Counted from the first letter of the stretch, positions 46,264 to 58,902 are shown. The stretch: 64,000 nt of DNA from an uncultured Gammaproteobacteria bacterium (GCA_965231125.1 OZ246414.1:81739-145738), one strand, 5' to 3'. A program made the numbers and translations. Notes: generated by a model not told the origin, from the sequence alone.

Positions 46264-46286
46264 GTCGCGTGCTATACTTAAGTTGA

Positions 46287-46661
46287 ATGTTAGGTAAGGG
46301 TGTGAATCGAGAGTTTCAAGAACAGTTTGGGAGGCAGTGGCGGTGCACGTGTAAAGCGCAGTTTAGACCGGAGAGTTTAGAGATTTTGTCAGAATCGGAG
46401 AATTCCCTGCTCGCCCATTATCAATGCCCTAAATGTGGGAGGGAACAGATGTTAGCAGCAGCAATTTCTGAAGAAGAAACAAACGAACAAACCTCAGAAA
46501 AATTGATCAAGTTACCGAAAACTACAGTTACAACTGACGATGTGCTGGATATAAAAGCTATGGTTTCGAAAATGAAATTAGCCTCTATAAAAGCACTTGG
46601 CCGAGAGCGCCAAAAACGTTCCAGCATCACTATCTCCCGGATAACTTCTCCGAAAAGCTAA
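46287..46661 (+). CDS. hypothetical zinc-ribbon protein
   Basis: CTCK..17aa..CPKCG cysteine pairs. Confidence 0.35.
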   Translation: MLGKGVNREFQEQFGRQWRCTCKAQFRPESLEILSESENSLLAHYQCPKCGREQMLAAAISEEETNEQTSEKLIKLPKTTVTTDDVLDIKAMVSKMKLASIKALGRERQKRSSITISRITSPKS

Positions 46662-46705
46662 TCTGACAGCTGTCGGATTGACAGCCCCAATATAATAGAG
46701 GACGT

Positions 46706-47425
46706 ATGGAAAAAATTGCACTGAACGCCTCGGCGCGAAAGATTTTAGGGAAAAAAGTTAAAAACCTGCGCAAAGAAGGGTCTATCCCCGCGAATCTTTT
46801 TGGAAAAGATATAAAATCGCAAGCTTTGCAAGTGGATGACAAAGATTTTCGTAAAGTGTTTAGGCAGGCCGGTGAAACCGGAATAGTGGAAATAAAAGAA
46901 GATAAAGAGACTCATCCAGTGTTAATTCATAATGTGCAGCTGGACCCAAAGACAGACCTAATTCTTCACGTTGATTTTCATAAAGTAAACTTAAAAGAAA
47001 AGATTACTACCCACGTGCCCGTTGTTTTGGAAGGCGAGTCTCCAGCCGCGAAAAGCGGTGTAGGATTAGTTTTGCAAACTCTGAACGAACTTGAAGTAGA
47101 ATCTTTGCCGGCAGATATTCCCCACGAAATAAAAGTGGACGCTTCTAAGTTGACAGAAGTAGGGCAGTCGATCCACGTTAAAGATTTAAAAATCGATAGA
47201 GAAAAAGTGGAAGTTAAGAATGATCCAGAAGCAACGGTTGTAAATGTGCAAACCGCGGAAATGAAAGAAGAAGTTGAAGAGACGCCAGTTTCGCCAGAAG
47301 AGGTCGAAGCCATTGCCGAAAAGGGTGAAAAAGAAGAGGCCGCAGAAGGCGAAGAGGGTAAAGAAGCTCCAACAGACGAGGGGGCTAAGGAAGAGCCTCA
47401 AACTAGCGAAGAAATCCCAGCATAA
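46706..47425 (+). CDS. rplY: 50S ribosomal protein L25 / general stress protein Ctc form, with acidic C-terminal tail
   Basis: N-terminus LNASARKILGKKVKNLRKEGSIPANLFGK and the central beta-barrel pattern. Confidence 0.75.
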   Translation: MEKIALNASARKILGKKVKNLRKEGSIPANLFGKDIKSQALQVDDKDFRKVFRQAGETGIVEIKEDKETHPVLIHNVQLDPKTDLILHVDFHKVNLKEKITTHVPVVLEGESPAAKSGVGLVLQTLNELEVESLPADIPHEIKVDASKLTEVGQSIHVKDLKIDREKVEVKNDPEATVVNVQTAEMKEEVEETPVSPEEVEAIAEKGEKEEAAEGEEGKEAPTDEGAKEEPQTSEEIPA

Positions 47426-47825
47426 TAACCTAGAGTTGGTTAGTGAAAAAGTCCCTAGTTCGAGAAAATAGTTGTAAACTATTCTCGAACGCAGGATTCA
47501 CAGTAGCTGGCTCGCCAAGCGAGGTATAAGCTACGAGAATCCTATAGTTGACAAATCCTTTAAGTTGTGTTAAAATACACCCATTAACAATTGAAAATAG
47601 ATCGCTAACGCGCTCTGCGTCGCTAGCGCTCCTAATGGTTACAAGGTAAAAACTTTTAAAGGCACTTTGTAACTGGAGTTGAAGTTATAGCTAACTGTCA
47701 TTACGGAAACGTCCTGAAGTCTAGAACAATTCGAGTCCAGTTACCAGGTGCCTTTGTGTATCTAGGCGGTACGTCTTGCTGACCCGGCAAGCTATCGTTA
47801 AACAAATTATGGGTATGGAGGAACG

Positions 47826-48152
47826 ATGTCAGTCAGACACCCCCTGTCAGACGTCGAAAGTTTCGAAAAGAAAGGTGTTAGGTATGTTCGGGTTTGCCAC
47901 GTAGGAAAGGGATCATTCCACTTCGAAGTCTACAGACGAATCAAACGAAGTGGGAGGCTCCATATGATTATCAGACCAGAGGCATACTCTCCTATCAGTG
48001 GGGAACTTCGCCCTTCTTCATCAGCGGTGTTCGTGGCTGAAGCGCAAGAGGATCTGTTCTGGCGTATGGTGCTCCCTTTCACAGACGCTGTAAACAGGTT
48101 GCCCGACGACGTGTCAATACAATTCATAGGCTGGACAAAGTATGGTGTGTAG
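47826..48152 (+). CDS. hypothetical protein (moderately GC-rich)
   Basis: 108-aa ORF following a 400-nt structured non-coding region. Confidence 0.3.
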   Translation: MSVRHPLSDVESFEKKGVRYVRVCHVGKGSFHFEVYRRIKRSGRLHMIIRPEAYSPISGELRPSSSAVFVAEAQEDLFWRMVLPFTDAVNRLPDDVSIQFIGWTKYGV

Positions 48153-48264
48153 TGGTAATAATCCACAATCAAGCTTTGCTTGATCCCCAAATCCTAAGCA
48201 AATCTCACATACGGTGTCGTCGCTGTCGTTAGCGGCTGACAAAATAGTCAGCTAGAAAGGACGA

Positions 48265-48480
48265 ATGGTGATGGATCAGTTCACGCGGTTAGTTCTCGGG
48301 TGTATTGGCACGGTGATAGTTGCCATTGCTACACTTTGGCTGATCGATGGCATCTTCTGGACGCAAGTCTCGCCAAGGGCACTCATAATCGCGCCGGCGG
48401 TGATCGTTCTAGCGGTTGGAGGAGTCATGGTTCTAACCGCTGTGCTAACAGGAGACAGGGCACCGAGGGTACGACTGTAG
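48265..48480 (+). CDS. small 2-TM membrane protein
   Basis: 71 aa, hydrophobic. Confidence 0.3.
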   Translation: MVMDQFTRLVLGCIGTVIVAIATLWLIDGIFWTQVSPRALIIAPAVIVLAVGGVMVLTAVLTGDRAPRVRL

Positions 48481-48539
48481 AAGGAGTAAAATCGGTGCCA
48501 CAGAAAGACCACAAAGCGAGTAATCGCAGCGTGGTCTTT

Positions 48540-50753
48540 TTATTTTGGCCACGCGGAAACCATGATGGAATCATCCTTTTTTAGTCCGTTAGGACGCAGA
48601 GCGCGAAGCGATCTATTTGGTAACTTCTGCCAAAGATCTTCGGTTATGTACGGCATGAAGGGGTGGAGTAGTCGCAAAGATTCTTCAAGGACTTTTTCCA
48701 AAACCGGCTGAGCTTCGTCTCGTCGGGATTTTGAACTTTCAATATATTTATCGGCAAAGCGGTGCCAGACGAAATCGTAAAGCTCTCCGACCGCCTGACC
48801 AAAACGATAATTCTCGATTGCTTTGGTTACAATTTCTCTTGTTTTCTCCAATTCCTCCAAAATCCATTTGTCATCCAGGTGAGTGGGTGTAGGGTGTAGG
48901 GTATAGGGTTTAGGGTTTTTTGATTCGGGTTCATTCGAGTTATTATTCGCGTCCATTAGAATATACCGGCCGATGTTCCAGAGTTTATTAGTGAAATTGC
49001 GCATTCCTTTTATTTTATGTTCGCCAAGGTTAGCATCATTGCCTGGACCAGTTCCGAAGACGAGGGCCATCCGGACTGCGTCCGCACCGTATTTTTCCGC
49101 AACATCCAGCGGATCAATGACATTATTTTTACTCTTGCTCATTTTTTGACCCTTTTCGTCGCGAACCAGGCCATGTAAGTAAACCGTTTCAAAAGGGACT
49201 TTACCGGTCACATAAAGACCAAGCATGATCATGCGCGCGACCCAGAAGAAAAGGATATCGTAGCCAGTTTCCATTACAGAGGTTGGGTAAAATTTCTTAA
49301 AATCGGCTTCATCTTTTTGTCCGTAACCCAAAGTGGTAAACGGCCATTGCCCCGAGGAAAACCAAGTATCGAGGGTGTCCGGATCCTGTTCAAACTTGGT
49401 TGAGTCGCAATTTGCGCACCTAGTCGGGGGTTCAACTGAGACAAACTCCCCATTTTTCATTTTGCATTCTTCATTCTTCATTTCCTGACAGTAATAAACT
49501 GGCAGGCGGTGGCTCCACCACAGTTGCCGGGATATACACCAATCGTGAATATTCTCCATCCAATTAAAATAAATTTTTTCGAAACGGGGTGGAATGATTT
49601 TGATTTTGTTACTCTTAACCGCTGCCAGGGCGTCTTTAGCCAAATTCTTGCCGCTCTTACCGGTTTTGTTGACAGCAACAAACCATTGTTTGGAAACTAG
49701 AGGCTCGACGACAGTATCAGAGCGTTCGCAGACACCGACACTAGTCTTGTGATGCTGCGTTTTTTCCAACAGGTCCAGTTTTTCCAGATCGGTAACGATT
49801 TGTTTGCGGGCGGCGTATTTATCCAAACCAGAGTACTTACCTGCCTCTTTGGTCATTTTGTCGTCAAAACCGATGACTTGAATTTGGGCTAGTGAGTGAC
49901 GCTGTCCGACTTCATAATCGTTCGGATCGTGTGCTGGTGTTATCTTCACCGCTCCACTACCGAACTTTGGGTCAACGTAGGAATCTTTAATAATAGGAAT
50001 CTCCCGGTTCATCAACGGTAGGATGGCTGCCTTTCCAACTAAAGTCTTGTAACGTTTATCGCCCGGGTTAACCGCGACCGCTGTGTCGCCCAGCATTGTT
50101 TCCGGTCGGCTCGTGGCTACAGTTACAGTTTCTTTAGAATTCTTAACTGGATAACGGATAAACCAAAGGTTCGATTCTTTTTCTTTGTGAAGCACTTCGA
50201 GATCGGAAAGTACAGTCGCGCAGCGCGGACACCAATTAACCATTCGGCTGCCGCGGTAAATTAACCCGTCGTCATAAAGGTCTTTGAAGGTTTGGTAAAC
50301 TACTTTGGAGATTTCTGGATCAAGAGTAAATTTTTCGCGAGACCAATCTAAGCTAAATCCCATTGCCCGTAGTTGGTCGTACATTTGCTTTTTATTTTCT
50401 TGGGTGAATGCGTAAGTTTGCTTGAAGAATTCTTCCCGGCCAAGGTGGTGGCGAGTCTTACCTTGCCTTTCCAAAACCTCCCGTTCGTAAACGACTTGGG
50501 TTTGGATGCCGGCGTGATCTGCTCCTGGCAGCCACAAAGTCGAATCCCCAAGCATCCGGTGGTAGCGGATTAAAATATCCTCGATGACGTACATGGCGTG
50601 GCCGATGTGGAGCCGACCGTTGGCGTTTGGCGGAGGTAAAATAATTGAATAAGGTTTGCCTTTAGGATTGGTCTCTGGCTTGAAAAACTCCCCCTTTTCC
50701 CAAAGGGAATACCATTTGCTTTCAACTTGTTTATGCTCGTAAACTTTTTCCAT
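48540..50753 (-). CDS. valS: valine--tRNA ligase (short form, 737 aa)
   Basis: HIGH motif (PNANGRLHIGHA), KMSKS (KMSKSKNNV), and editing-domain and anticodon-binding patterns. Confidence 0.85.
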   Translation of the reverse strand: MEKVYEHKQVESKWYSLWEKGEFFKPETNPKGKPYSIILPPPNANGRLHIGHAMYVIEDILIRYHRMLGDSTLWLPGADHAGIQTQVVYEREVLERQGKTRHHLGREEFFKQTYAFTQENKKQMYDQLRAMGFSLDWSREKFTLDPEISKVVYQTFKDLYDDGLIYRGSRMVNWCPRCATVLSDLEVLHKEKESNLWFIRYPVKNSKETVTVATSRPETMLGDTAVAVNPGDKRYKTLVGKAAILPLMNREIPIIKDSYVDPKFGSGAVKITPAHDPNDYEVGQRHSLAQIQVIGFDDKMTKEAGKYSGLDKYAARKQIVTDLEKLDLLEKTQHHKTSVGVCERSDTVVEPLVSKQWFVAVNKTGKSGKNLAKDALAAVKSNKIKIIPPRFEKIYFNWMENIHDWCISRQLWWSHRLPVYYCQEMKNEECKMKNGEFVSVEPPTRCANCDSTKFEQDPDTLDTWFSSGQWPFTTLGYGQKDEADFKKFYPTSVMETGYDILFFWVARMIMLGLYVTGKVPFETVYLHGLVRDEKGQKMSKSKNNVIDPLDVAEKYGADAVRMALVFGTGPGNDANLGEHKIKGMRNFTNKLWNIGRYILMDANNNSNEPESKNPKPYTLHPTPTHLDDKWILEELEKTREIVTKAIENYRFGQAVGELYDFVWHRFADKYIESSKSRRDEAQPVLEKVLEESLRLLHPFMPYITEDLWQKLPNRSLRALRPNGLKKDDSIMVSAWPK

Positions 50754-50794
50754 GCCGGCTGATTATAACAAAAACCTGCTAAAATGAGTGTAAC

Positions 50795-52000
50795 ATGGAT
50801 TTTACGGATTTTTCCTTAGGAATAAATTACTGGCCCCAAAAAGAGGCCTTCTCCCTTTGGAAAAAATTTGATGCAGGAATCTTGAAAAGAGACTTTGAAC
50901 TGATCAAAAGTTTTGGTATGGACTGTGTAAGGATCTTTTTAGTCTGGGAAGATTTTCAGCCTTCCCCAAACAAAGTTTCCGCAGAGAAACTTAACTATCT
51001 TGTAACGAGCGCAAATATTGCTGCCGAAGCCGGTCTTCAAATTATCCCGACATTTTTCTGTGGGCATATGTCGGGAGCAAATTTTTTACCTTCTTGGATT
51101 TTGGGTAAAAGGGTCGGAGGCGGTAGATTTCCCATAGTCTCCCACGGTCATGTCGGTCTCTATGAAATTAAGAATTTTTATGAAGATAAAGAGTTGCAGC
51201 AGAGCCAAAAACTGCTTTTAAAAGAAGTAGCGGCAGTCTTAAAAAACCACCCGGCGATAAAAGCTTGGGATTTGGGCAATGAGCCTTCAGTGTATATCAC
51301 TCCGAGGACCGGCGAAGGCGCGGAACGTTGGCTGGCGGAAATGACCGGAACTTTGCGAGGGGTTGATGCGGATGTTCCAATTACAATTGGTACCCACATG
51401 GAGGATTTAATAAAGGACAACAAAATAGCGTTTGAAGCGATCGGTAAGTATTGCGACTTCTTAGTAATGCACGGTTACACTGTCTATAGCCCCGTCGCAA
51501 TTGATATTTACGACAGACGGTTCATATTGTTTTTGGTTGAATTAACAAAATGGTTAGGCGGCAAGAGAGTGCTACTAGAAGAGTTTGGTTTCCCGACGAG
51601 TGTCGACAGTGCCCAAATAAAACTTGCCAAAGAAAAGGGCCTAGTACTACTTTCCGACAGTGAGGGAGAAAAAACTGTCCAGTTTACCCAAGATTTGTTC
51701 GAGGATCTTTATGAAGAGGGTTGCCTAGGGGCCTATTGGTGGTGCTTTGCCGATTATGATAAATCGGCTTGGTCAAAGCCACCCTTGGACCAAAGAATCC
51801 ACGAGAGGTTCTTTGGCATTAAAAGAGTCGATGGAACCATAAAGCCAGTAGCCAGTGTTTTTAAAAAATTTGGGAAAAGACTATATAAGGATCGGCAACT
51901 AGAAAGTTTCTGGCGCACGCAAGACCGCGAAGACTACTTTAGTAATCCTGAAAAAAGTTTCAAAGACCTTTGGGAGAAATTTAAAAATCGGAAAGATTAG
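50795..52000 (+). CDS. clan GH-A glycoside hydrolase (GH5/GH113-like TIM barrel)
   Basis: A GNEPS motif provides the acid/base Glu. The overall (beta/alpha)8 pattern is present and there is no signal peptide. Confidence 0.5.
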   Translation: MDFTDFSLGINYWPQKEAFSLWKKFDAGILKRDFELIKSFGMDCVRIFLVWEDFQPSPNKVSAEKLNYLVTSANIAAEAGLQIIPTFFCGHMSGANFLPSWILGKRVGGGRFPIVSHGHVGLYEIKNFYEDKELQQSQKLLLKEVAAVLKNHPAIKAWDLGNEPSVYITPRTGEGAERWLAEMTGTLRGVDADVPITIGTHMEDLIKDNKIAFEAIGKYCDFLVMHGYTVYSPVAIDIYDRRFILFLVELTKWLGGKRVLLEEFGFPTSVDSAQIKLAKEKGLVLLSDSEGEKTVQFTQDLFEDLYEEGCLGAYWWCFADYDKSAWSKPPLDQRIHERFFGIKRVDGTIKPVASVFKKFGKRLYKDRQLESFWRTQDREDYFSNPEKSFKDLWEKFKNRKD

Positions 52001-53028
52001 AAAAGTAATCCAGGGTCAGTTTTCACCTTTTCCCAAGGTATGGGTATGAAGTTGAAAAAGGCGGCGGAAGCAACCATCGCCCCATTATCCACAGAAAGTT
52101 TTGGGTTCGAAGAAATTACTCGACCAGAAAAAGATTGAGTCATCTTTTCTCTTAGCCTTTGGTTGGCGGCTACTCCACCAGCCAAAAGAATTTCTTTAAC
52201 ACCAGTAATTTCAGCAGCTTTAAGAGTTTTATTTACAAGAGAGTCCACAATAGCTTCTTGAATACTTGCGGCTAGATCGGCAGTCTGTTTTTGGGTTAGT
52301 TCCTGATCAGAATTTTTCCCTTTAACAGTGTTAACCAAATTAACAACGGCGGTTTTCAAACCAGAAAAAGAAAAATCTAGATCGCTAGAATCTGCAAGAG
52401 GTCTCGGCAAACGGAAAGCGTTTGGATCGCCGTTCCCACCCGCTTCCTGAATAGCCGGACCGCCGGGATAGGAAAGACCGAGCGTTCGGGCGGTTTTATC
52501 AAACGCTTCGCCAGCGGCATCGTCTCGGGTGCCTCCCAACCATTTAAATTTACCGTGACCTTTCATTAAAACTAATTCAGTGTGCCCGCCGCTGACAATT
52601 AAGGAAAGGTTTGGAAAAGTCGGGGGCTTGGGATTATCTAACCAGTTTGCATAAATATGCCCGATAAGGTGGTTAACCGGAACCAGCGGCTTATTCCAAG
52701 AATACGCGAGACTTTTAGCAGTTTCCACCCCTACTAGTAAGGAGCCAACTAGGCCAGGACCATAAGTGACGGCAACTGCGTCCACACTGGATTTATAGTT
52801 ATCAATACCTTTTTTATCTGTCCCAATCTTTAAATATTCAAAAACGGCATCCAAAACCGCTGTCATCGATTTGACCTGTTCTCGGGCGGCAACTTCGGGA
52901 ATAATACCACCAGTTTTAGCATGAATGGGTAAGGAAGAATAGGCAATATTGGATAGTATTTTTACTCCGTCTTCAACAACAGCGGCGGCCGTCTCATCGC
53001 AGCTAGTTTCGATTCCTAAAATCTTCAT
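51997..53028 (-). CDS. tsaD: tRNA N6-adenosine threonylcarbamoyltransferase TsaD (Kae1/Gcp)
   Basis: MKILGIETSCDETAAAVV and HxxGH metal-binding motifs. Confidence 0.85.
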   Translation of the reverse strand: MKILGIETSCDETAAAVVEDGVKILSNIAYSSLPIHAKTGGIIPEVAAREQVKSMTAVLDAVFEYLKIGTDKKGIDNYKSSVDAVAVTYGPGLVGSLLVGVETAKSLAYSWNKPLVPVNHLIGHIYANWLDNPKPPTFPNLSLIVSGGHTELVLMKGHGKFKWLGGTRDDAAGEAFDKTARTLGLSYPGGPAIQEAGGNGDPNAFRLPRPLADSSDLDFSFSGLKTAVVNLVNTVKGKNSDQELTQKQTADLAASIQEAIVDSLVNKTLKAAEITGVKEILLAGGVAANQRLREKMTQSFSGRVISSNPKLSVDNGAMVASAAFFNFIPIPWEKVKTDPGLLF

Positions 53029-53155
53029 AAATCCTACTGAGCATTATACAAAATTAATAGAAATCTAAAAAGGTCAAGAAAATTGCTCGCGTGGGTTATA
53101 ATAGCTAAAACCGCATCGTAAGACTGAGAGATCAGAGAAAGGAGAGCGTAGGTAC

Positions 53156-53746
53156 GTGGGATATTCGCAGAGAGTGGCGGTATGGGTTTTGGTCTCGGTT
53201 TTTCTGACGGCGTGTTTTTCAGGGACGCAAGTAAGATCCAGCCAGCTGGGCGGGACACTCCAACCCACACTATTGCCAGAACAAACTCCTAAACAAGAGT
53301 TGGGTGTGGCAGTGTCGGTTCCACCTCAAAGCTCTTCACTCACAATTCCACCCGAGACCAAAGTAGTGAGAGGAAGTTGTAGCTCGGATGGAGAATGTCA
53401 TTGGTACAATTTTTACTGGGCGCCAACCCACGAAGCAGTGGTTCAGGAGGGAGAATCGCAAATCAAGGTGGAGCACGAGCTTTGCCATGCCCACCAGCAT
53501 TGGTCGATAAACGGTGGCGCACTGCTACCGCCAGACGACTACGACTTGCATACCTGGTACGACACGGCCGAAGGCAAGAGTTTTTTCGGGGCCGCCTCCG
53601 GTCTTTCTTGGCTCTGGAGTCACAGTGCGGTCAATGATCTCGAAGATTTTGCCTGGACGTGTGCTTACTGGTACCTAGGTCCAGTGTATCTGAACAAGAT
53701 TAGTCCGCAGCGTTACGATTGGGCAGCAGCCAATCTAACTAAGTAA
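53156..53746 (+). CDS. lipoprotein, hypothetical (moderately GC-rich)
   Basis: Lipobox LTAC. Contains HELCHAHQH. Confidence 0.4.
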   Translation: MGYSQRVAVWVLVSVFLTACFSGTQVRSSQLGGTLQPTLLPEQTPKQELGVAVSVPPQSSSLTIPPETKVVRGSCSSDGECHWYNFYWAPTHEAVVQEGESQIKVEHELCHAHQHWSINGGALLPPDDYDLHTWYDTAEGKSFFGAASGLSWLWSHSAVNDLEDFAWTCAYWYLGPVYLNKISPQRYDWAAANLTK

Positions 53747-53807
53747 ATCCAACCGCCCTCTCAATTTTGAAAGGGCGGTTACTTTTTTAATTCGCTAGAC
53801 CTTTCTT

Positions 53808-54371
53808 TTAGAGTTGCTCTGGTCCAAAATGCAGCGGTTTTTTTGTAGAAGCCTTTTCTCTACCAGGAAGTAGAAATTTATCGTAAACTTCATCCATATC
53901 GACAAACTCATCCACCTCACCGATTAGCTTAGCAGAAGTACTTTTTCCGAAAGCGACTACCTCTACCCGATGACCTTGGTTTCTTAAATATTCAACTAAG
54001 GGAACGTAGTCGCCGTCTCCAGAGACAAGAATTAAAACATCAAGCCGGGGAGCAAGCCGAATCATATCAAGAGCAATTCCAACATCCCAGTCCCCCTTTT
54101 TTACCCCGCCAGGAAAAACTTGTATTTCTTTAGATTTTACTTCAAAACCAGCTTTTTCTAAGGCATCAAAAAAAGATTGTTCCTCGGGCATGGATGCTTT
54201 GACAACGTAAGCAATTGCCCGTATTAGTTGTCGGTTTGATGTAGCAACTTCTAAAATACTACTAAAATTTACGCGTTTACCGTACAAATTTTTGGCAGAA
54301 TAATACATATTTTGGACGTCAACAAAAACGCCAACTCTTTGGTTTGGATTCTTTTTTAGCATAAAATTCAC
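53808..54371 (-). CDS. NYN-domain (LabA-like) protein
   Basis: VGVFVDVQN...LILVSGDGDYVPL pattern of the NYN/PIN-like fold. Confidence 0.6.
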   Translation of the reverse strand: MNFMLKKNPNQRVGVFVDVQNMYYSAKNLYGKRVNFSSILEVATSNRQLIRAIAYVVKASMPEEQSFFDALEKAGFEVKSKEIQVFPGGVKKGDWDVGIALDMIRLAPRLDVLILVSGDGDYVPLVEYLRNQGHRVEVVAFGKSTSAKLIGEVDEFVDMDEVYDKFLLPGREKASTKKPLHFGPEQL

Positions 54372-54484
54372 CTCCTTCGTTTTCTCACCCCGATGAATCC
54401 GGGGATCGGTCGAGCAGCTTTACTCGATTACGTTCCTATGATAACATTAATTCACAAATTTAGCTGAAAAAGTCAAGAGAAATA

Positions 54485-55369
54485 ATGAAAAAAATCACCA
54501 AAGCAGTTATCCCGGCAGCTGGTTACGGAACGCGATTTTTACCAGTTACTAAAGCCATGCCTAAAGAGATGCTGCCGATACTGGCCAAGCCTATTATTCA
54601 GTATGTAGTTGAAGAAGCAGTTTCATCCGGAATTGAAGATATAATCTTGGTTACAGGTGGGAACAAAAGAGCGATCGAAGATCATTTTGACCGCTCCCCG
54701 GAACTTGAAGATTGGTTAAAAGAGTCCGGCAAAGAAGGGCAGCTCGCAGAAATCATCCGCGTCGCCCACCTAGCGAACTTTATTTATATTAGGCAAAAAG
54801 GCCCCTATGGCAATGCTACTCCGGTGCTATCCGCTAAAAAGCTTGTTGAAAACGATCCCTTTGCTGTGCTTTGGGGAGACGAGATAATCTATGCAGAACC
54901 ACCCCGCCTTAAGCAACTTATAGATACCTTTGAAAAATACCAAGCGAGTATTATTAGTGGAGTTAAAATCGAAAAAAAGGAAGATTTAGCAAAGTACGGA
55001 ATTGCTGAAGTTGAACATGTAGAAGGCCCGGTCTATAAAATAAAAAAAATTGTTGAAAAGCCGGTACCAGGAGAGGCACCTTCTGATATCGCTACTCACG
55101 GGGCGTACGTTTTCACACCGACTATTTTTGAACATCTAGAAGCGCTTAAACCAGGTAAAGGTGGAGAACTTTGGCTACCAGAGGCGATTGATTCTCTGAT
55201 AAAAAAAGAGCCAGTCTACACAGTGATTGTTGAAAATGGAAGCTATTACGATCTCGGCAATAAATTGGGCTTTATCAGGGCTAACATTGAATTTGCTCTG
55301 AAAGATGAAGATCTGAGGAAAGAACTTATACCTTACCTGACAAAACTTGCCGAAAAGCCCCCATCCTAA
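54485..55369 (+). CDS. galU: UTP--glucose-1-phosphate uridylyltransferase
   Basis: KAVIPAAGYGTRFLPVTKAMPKEMLPI N-terminal motif. Confidence 0.85.
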   Translation: MKKITKAVIPAAGYGTRFLPVTKAMPKEMLPILAKPIIQYVVEEAVSSGIEDIILVTGGNKRAIEDHFDRSPELEDWLKESGKEGQLAEIIRVAHLANFIYIRQKGPYGNATPVLSAKKLVENDPFAVLWGDEIIYAEPPRLKQLIDTFEKYQASIISGVKIEKKEDLAKYGIAEVEHVEGPVYKIKKIVEKPVPGEAPSDIATHGAYVFTPTIFEHLEALKPGKGGELWLPEAIDSLIKKEPVYTVIVENGSYYDLGNKLGFIRANIEFALKDEDLRKELIPYLTKLAEKPPS

Positions 55370-55387
55370 TACAATTGATTTACTGCC

Positions 55388-56758
55388 ATGACTTCCACAA
55401 ACAAGAAATTAATCTGGATTGCTCTTGCCCTTCTCTCTCTTGAGGCAGTTGTGGGTTTAGTAATTGTCAGCGTAAAAAAAGAATTTTTTAAGAAAAAGGA
55501 AAAGCCCGTTTTTATTAGTTACGTTGGGCTTTGGGACTCATCAATAATTAACCCATTGAAAGTAGAATTTCAAAGAGAAAATCCAAATGTTACTATCGAA
55601 TACGAACAAAAGGACCAGACCTTGTATTTTAAAACCCTAAAAAATTTAATTTCGGCGGAAAAAGCTCCCGATATATTTTGGTGGCACTCCGGTTGGGGAC
55701 CAATGCTGCAAAACGATTTAGCACCGCTAGCTAGCCAGGTTTTGTCCGATTCCACTTACAAAAAAACCTATTATCCTATCACTACGCAAGACGCTAAGAT
55801 TGCAGGAACGTATAGAGGAATACCGCTTGAGTTTGACGGTCTTGCACTAATTTACAATAAGGCCCGTTTGCAAAGTAAGCACCTAAAACGACCACCCAAA
55901 ACTTGGAGTGAGCTACAACGAAGTTATGTCCCCTCCCTAACACGCAGAGACTCTTCCAATAACATAATTACGTCAGCAGTTGCCTTAGGCACGAGCAATA
56001 ATATTTCTAATTTTTCTGAAATTCTCGGTCTACTCTTCTTCCAGAATGGGGTTAACTTTGTTAAAAATGGACAAGTGACAGCGGCGAATAGTACTGCTGA
56101 AAACGGCGATAATTTGGGAGAACAAACGCTCGAGTTTTACACAAGCTTTGCTAAAAACCCAAAAGTTTGGGACACGAATATGCCCAACTCGATTCGGGCC
56201 TTTGCCCAAGGAAAAGTGGCGATGATAATTTTACCGGTCTATAAAATACCGGTTCTTGTAGGTCAAATAAAAGCTTTTGGCGATCGTGTGAAGTTTGGTG
56301 TTGCGCCGGTGCCCCAGCCCCCAGATAGTCCGAACGTAACGTGGGGAAGTTATTGGCTTTCCGGGGTCTCGGCAAAAAGTAAAAATCAAAACGAGGCTTG
56401 GAGTTTTATTAATTTTCTCTCGCAACCTGAAAATTTAAGAAAAATTTTCACCGCCGAGGCAAAAATTAGAGGTATTGGTCGGGTGTATCCAAGACTTGAT
56501 ATGGGAAGCGGATTAAGAAAAGACTCAGTACTATCCCCCTATGTTGCTCAAGCTCCCTACGCCACTAGCTGGTATTTAGATTCGGATACCCACGACGGAG
56601 CCTTAAACGACAAGATGATTGACAGTTTAGACGAACTTGTAACAAACGAAGTTTTGGAAAAGGGATCCACCACATCTAATTTAAAAACTTTTGCGCAGGA
56701 AGCCACCGGAATTTTGTCCTCCTACGGGGTGTTGAGCCCTGCGATAATAGAACGCTAG
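55388..56758 (+). CDS. ABC transporter substrate-binding protein (family 1, sugar type), membrane-anchored
   Basis: N-terminal TM anchor, then an SBP_bac_1-like fold. Confidence 0.55.
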   Translation: MTSTNKKLIWIALALLSLEAVVGLVIVSVKKEFFKKKEKPVFISYVGLWDSSIINPLKVEFQRENPNVTIEYEQKDQTLYFKTLKNLISAEKAPDIFWWHSGWGPMLQNDLAPLASQVLSDSTYKKTYYPITTQDAKIAGTYRGIPLEFDGLALIYNKARLQSKHLKRPPKTWSELQRSYVPSLTRRDSSNNIITSAVALGTSNNISNFSEILGLLFFQNGVNFVKNGQVTAANSTAENGDNLGEQTLEFYTSFAKNPKVWDTNMPNSIRAFAQGKVAMIILPVYKIPVLVGQIKAFGDRVKFGVAPVPQPPDSPNVTWGSYWLSGVSAKSKNQNEAWSFINFLSQPENLRKIFTAEAKIRGIGRVYPRLDMGSGLRKDSVLSPYVAQAPYATSWYLDSDTHDGALNDKMIDSLDELVTNEVLEKGSTTSNLKTFAQEATGILSSYGVLSPAIIER

Positions 56759-56782
56759 GAGAGTGGTTGCCTAAGCGATCAC

Positions 56783-56810
56783 TTGACAAACTCTAGGACT
56801 TTTGTATAAT
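56783..56810 (+). promoter_or_regulatory. sigma-70 promoter (TTGACA-16-TATAAT) upstream of groES, followed by an imperfect inverted repeat
   Basis: A consensus -35/-10 pair lies 84 nt upstream of the groES ATG. The downstream GAGTGCGAATTTTGCGCTCTC is an imperfect inverted repeat and only weakly CIRCE-like. Confidence 0.55.
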
Positions 56811-56893
56811 TAGCGGATTAAGCTCATGAGTGCGAATTTTGCGCTCTCCCCGACAATTTCTGCCTAGAAGAAAAATTATTTTTTGGAGGTAAA

Positions 56894-58838
<1,945 letters not shown>

Positions 58839-58902
58839 GTTAGTTAATTAGCCGACGGGCCACTTTTTTGACAAATCCTCTCCGCAAAATTACAATCGAC
58901 GC

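Noticed and set aside
56811-56860. CIRCE (HrcA) operator upstream of groES
   Set aside because: Only an imperfect 7-bp inverted repeat (GAGTGCG..CGCTCTC) is present, with poor match to TTAGCACTC-N9-GAGTGCTAA. No hrcA lies in the window.
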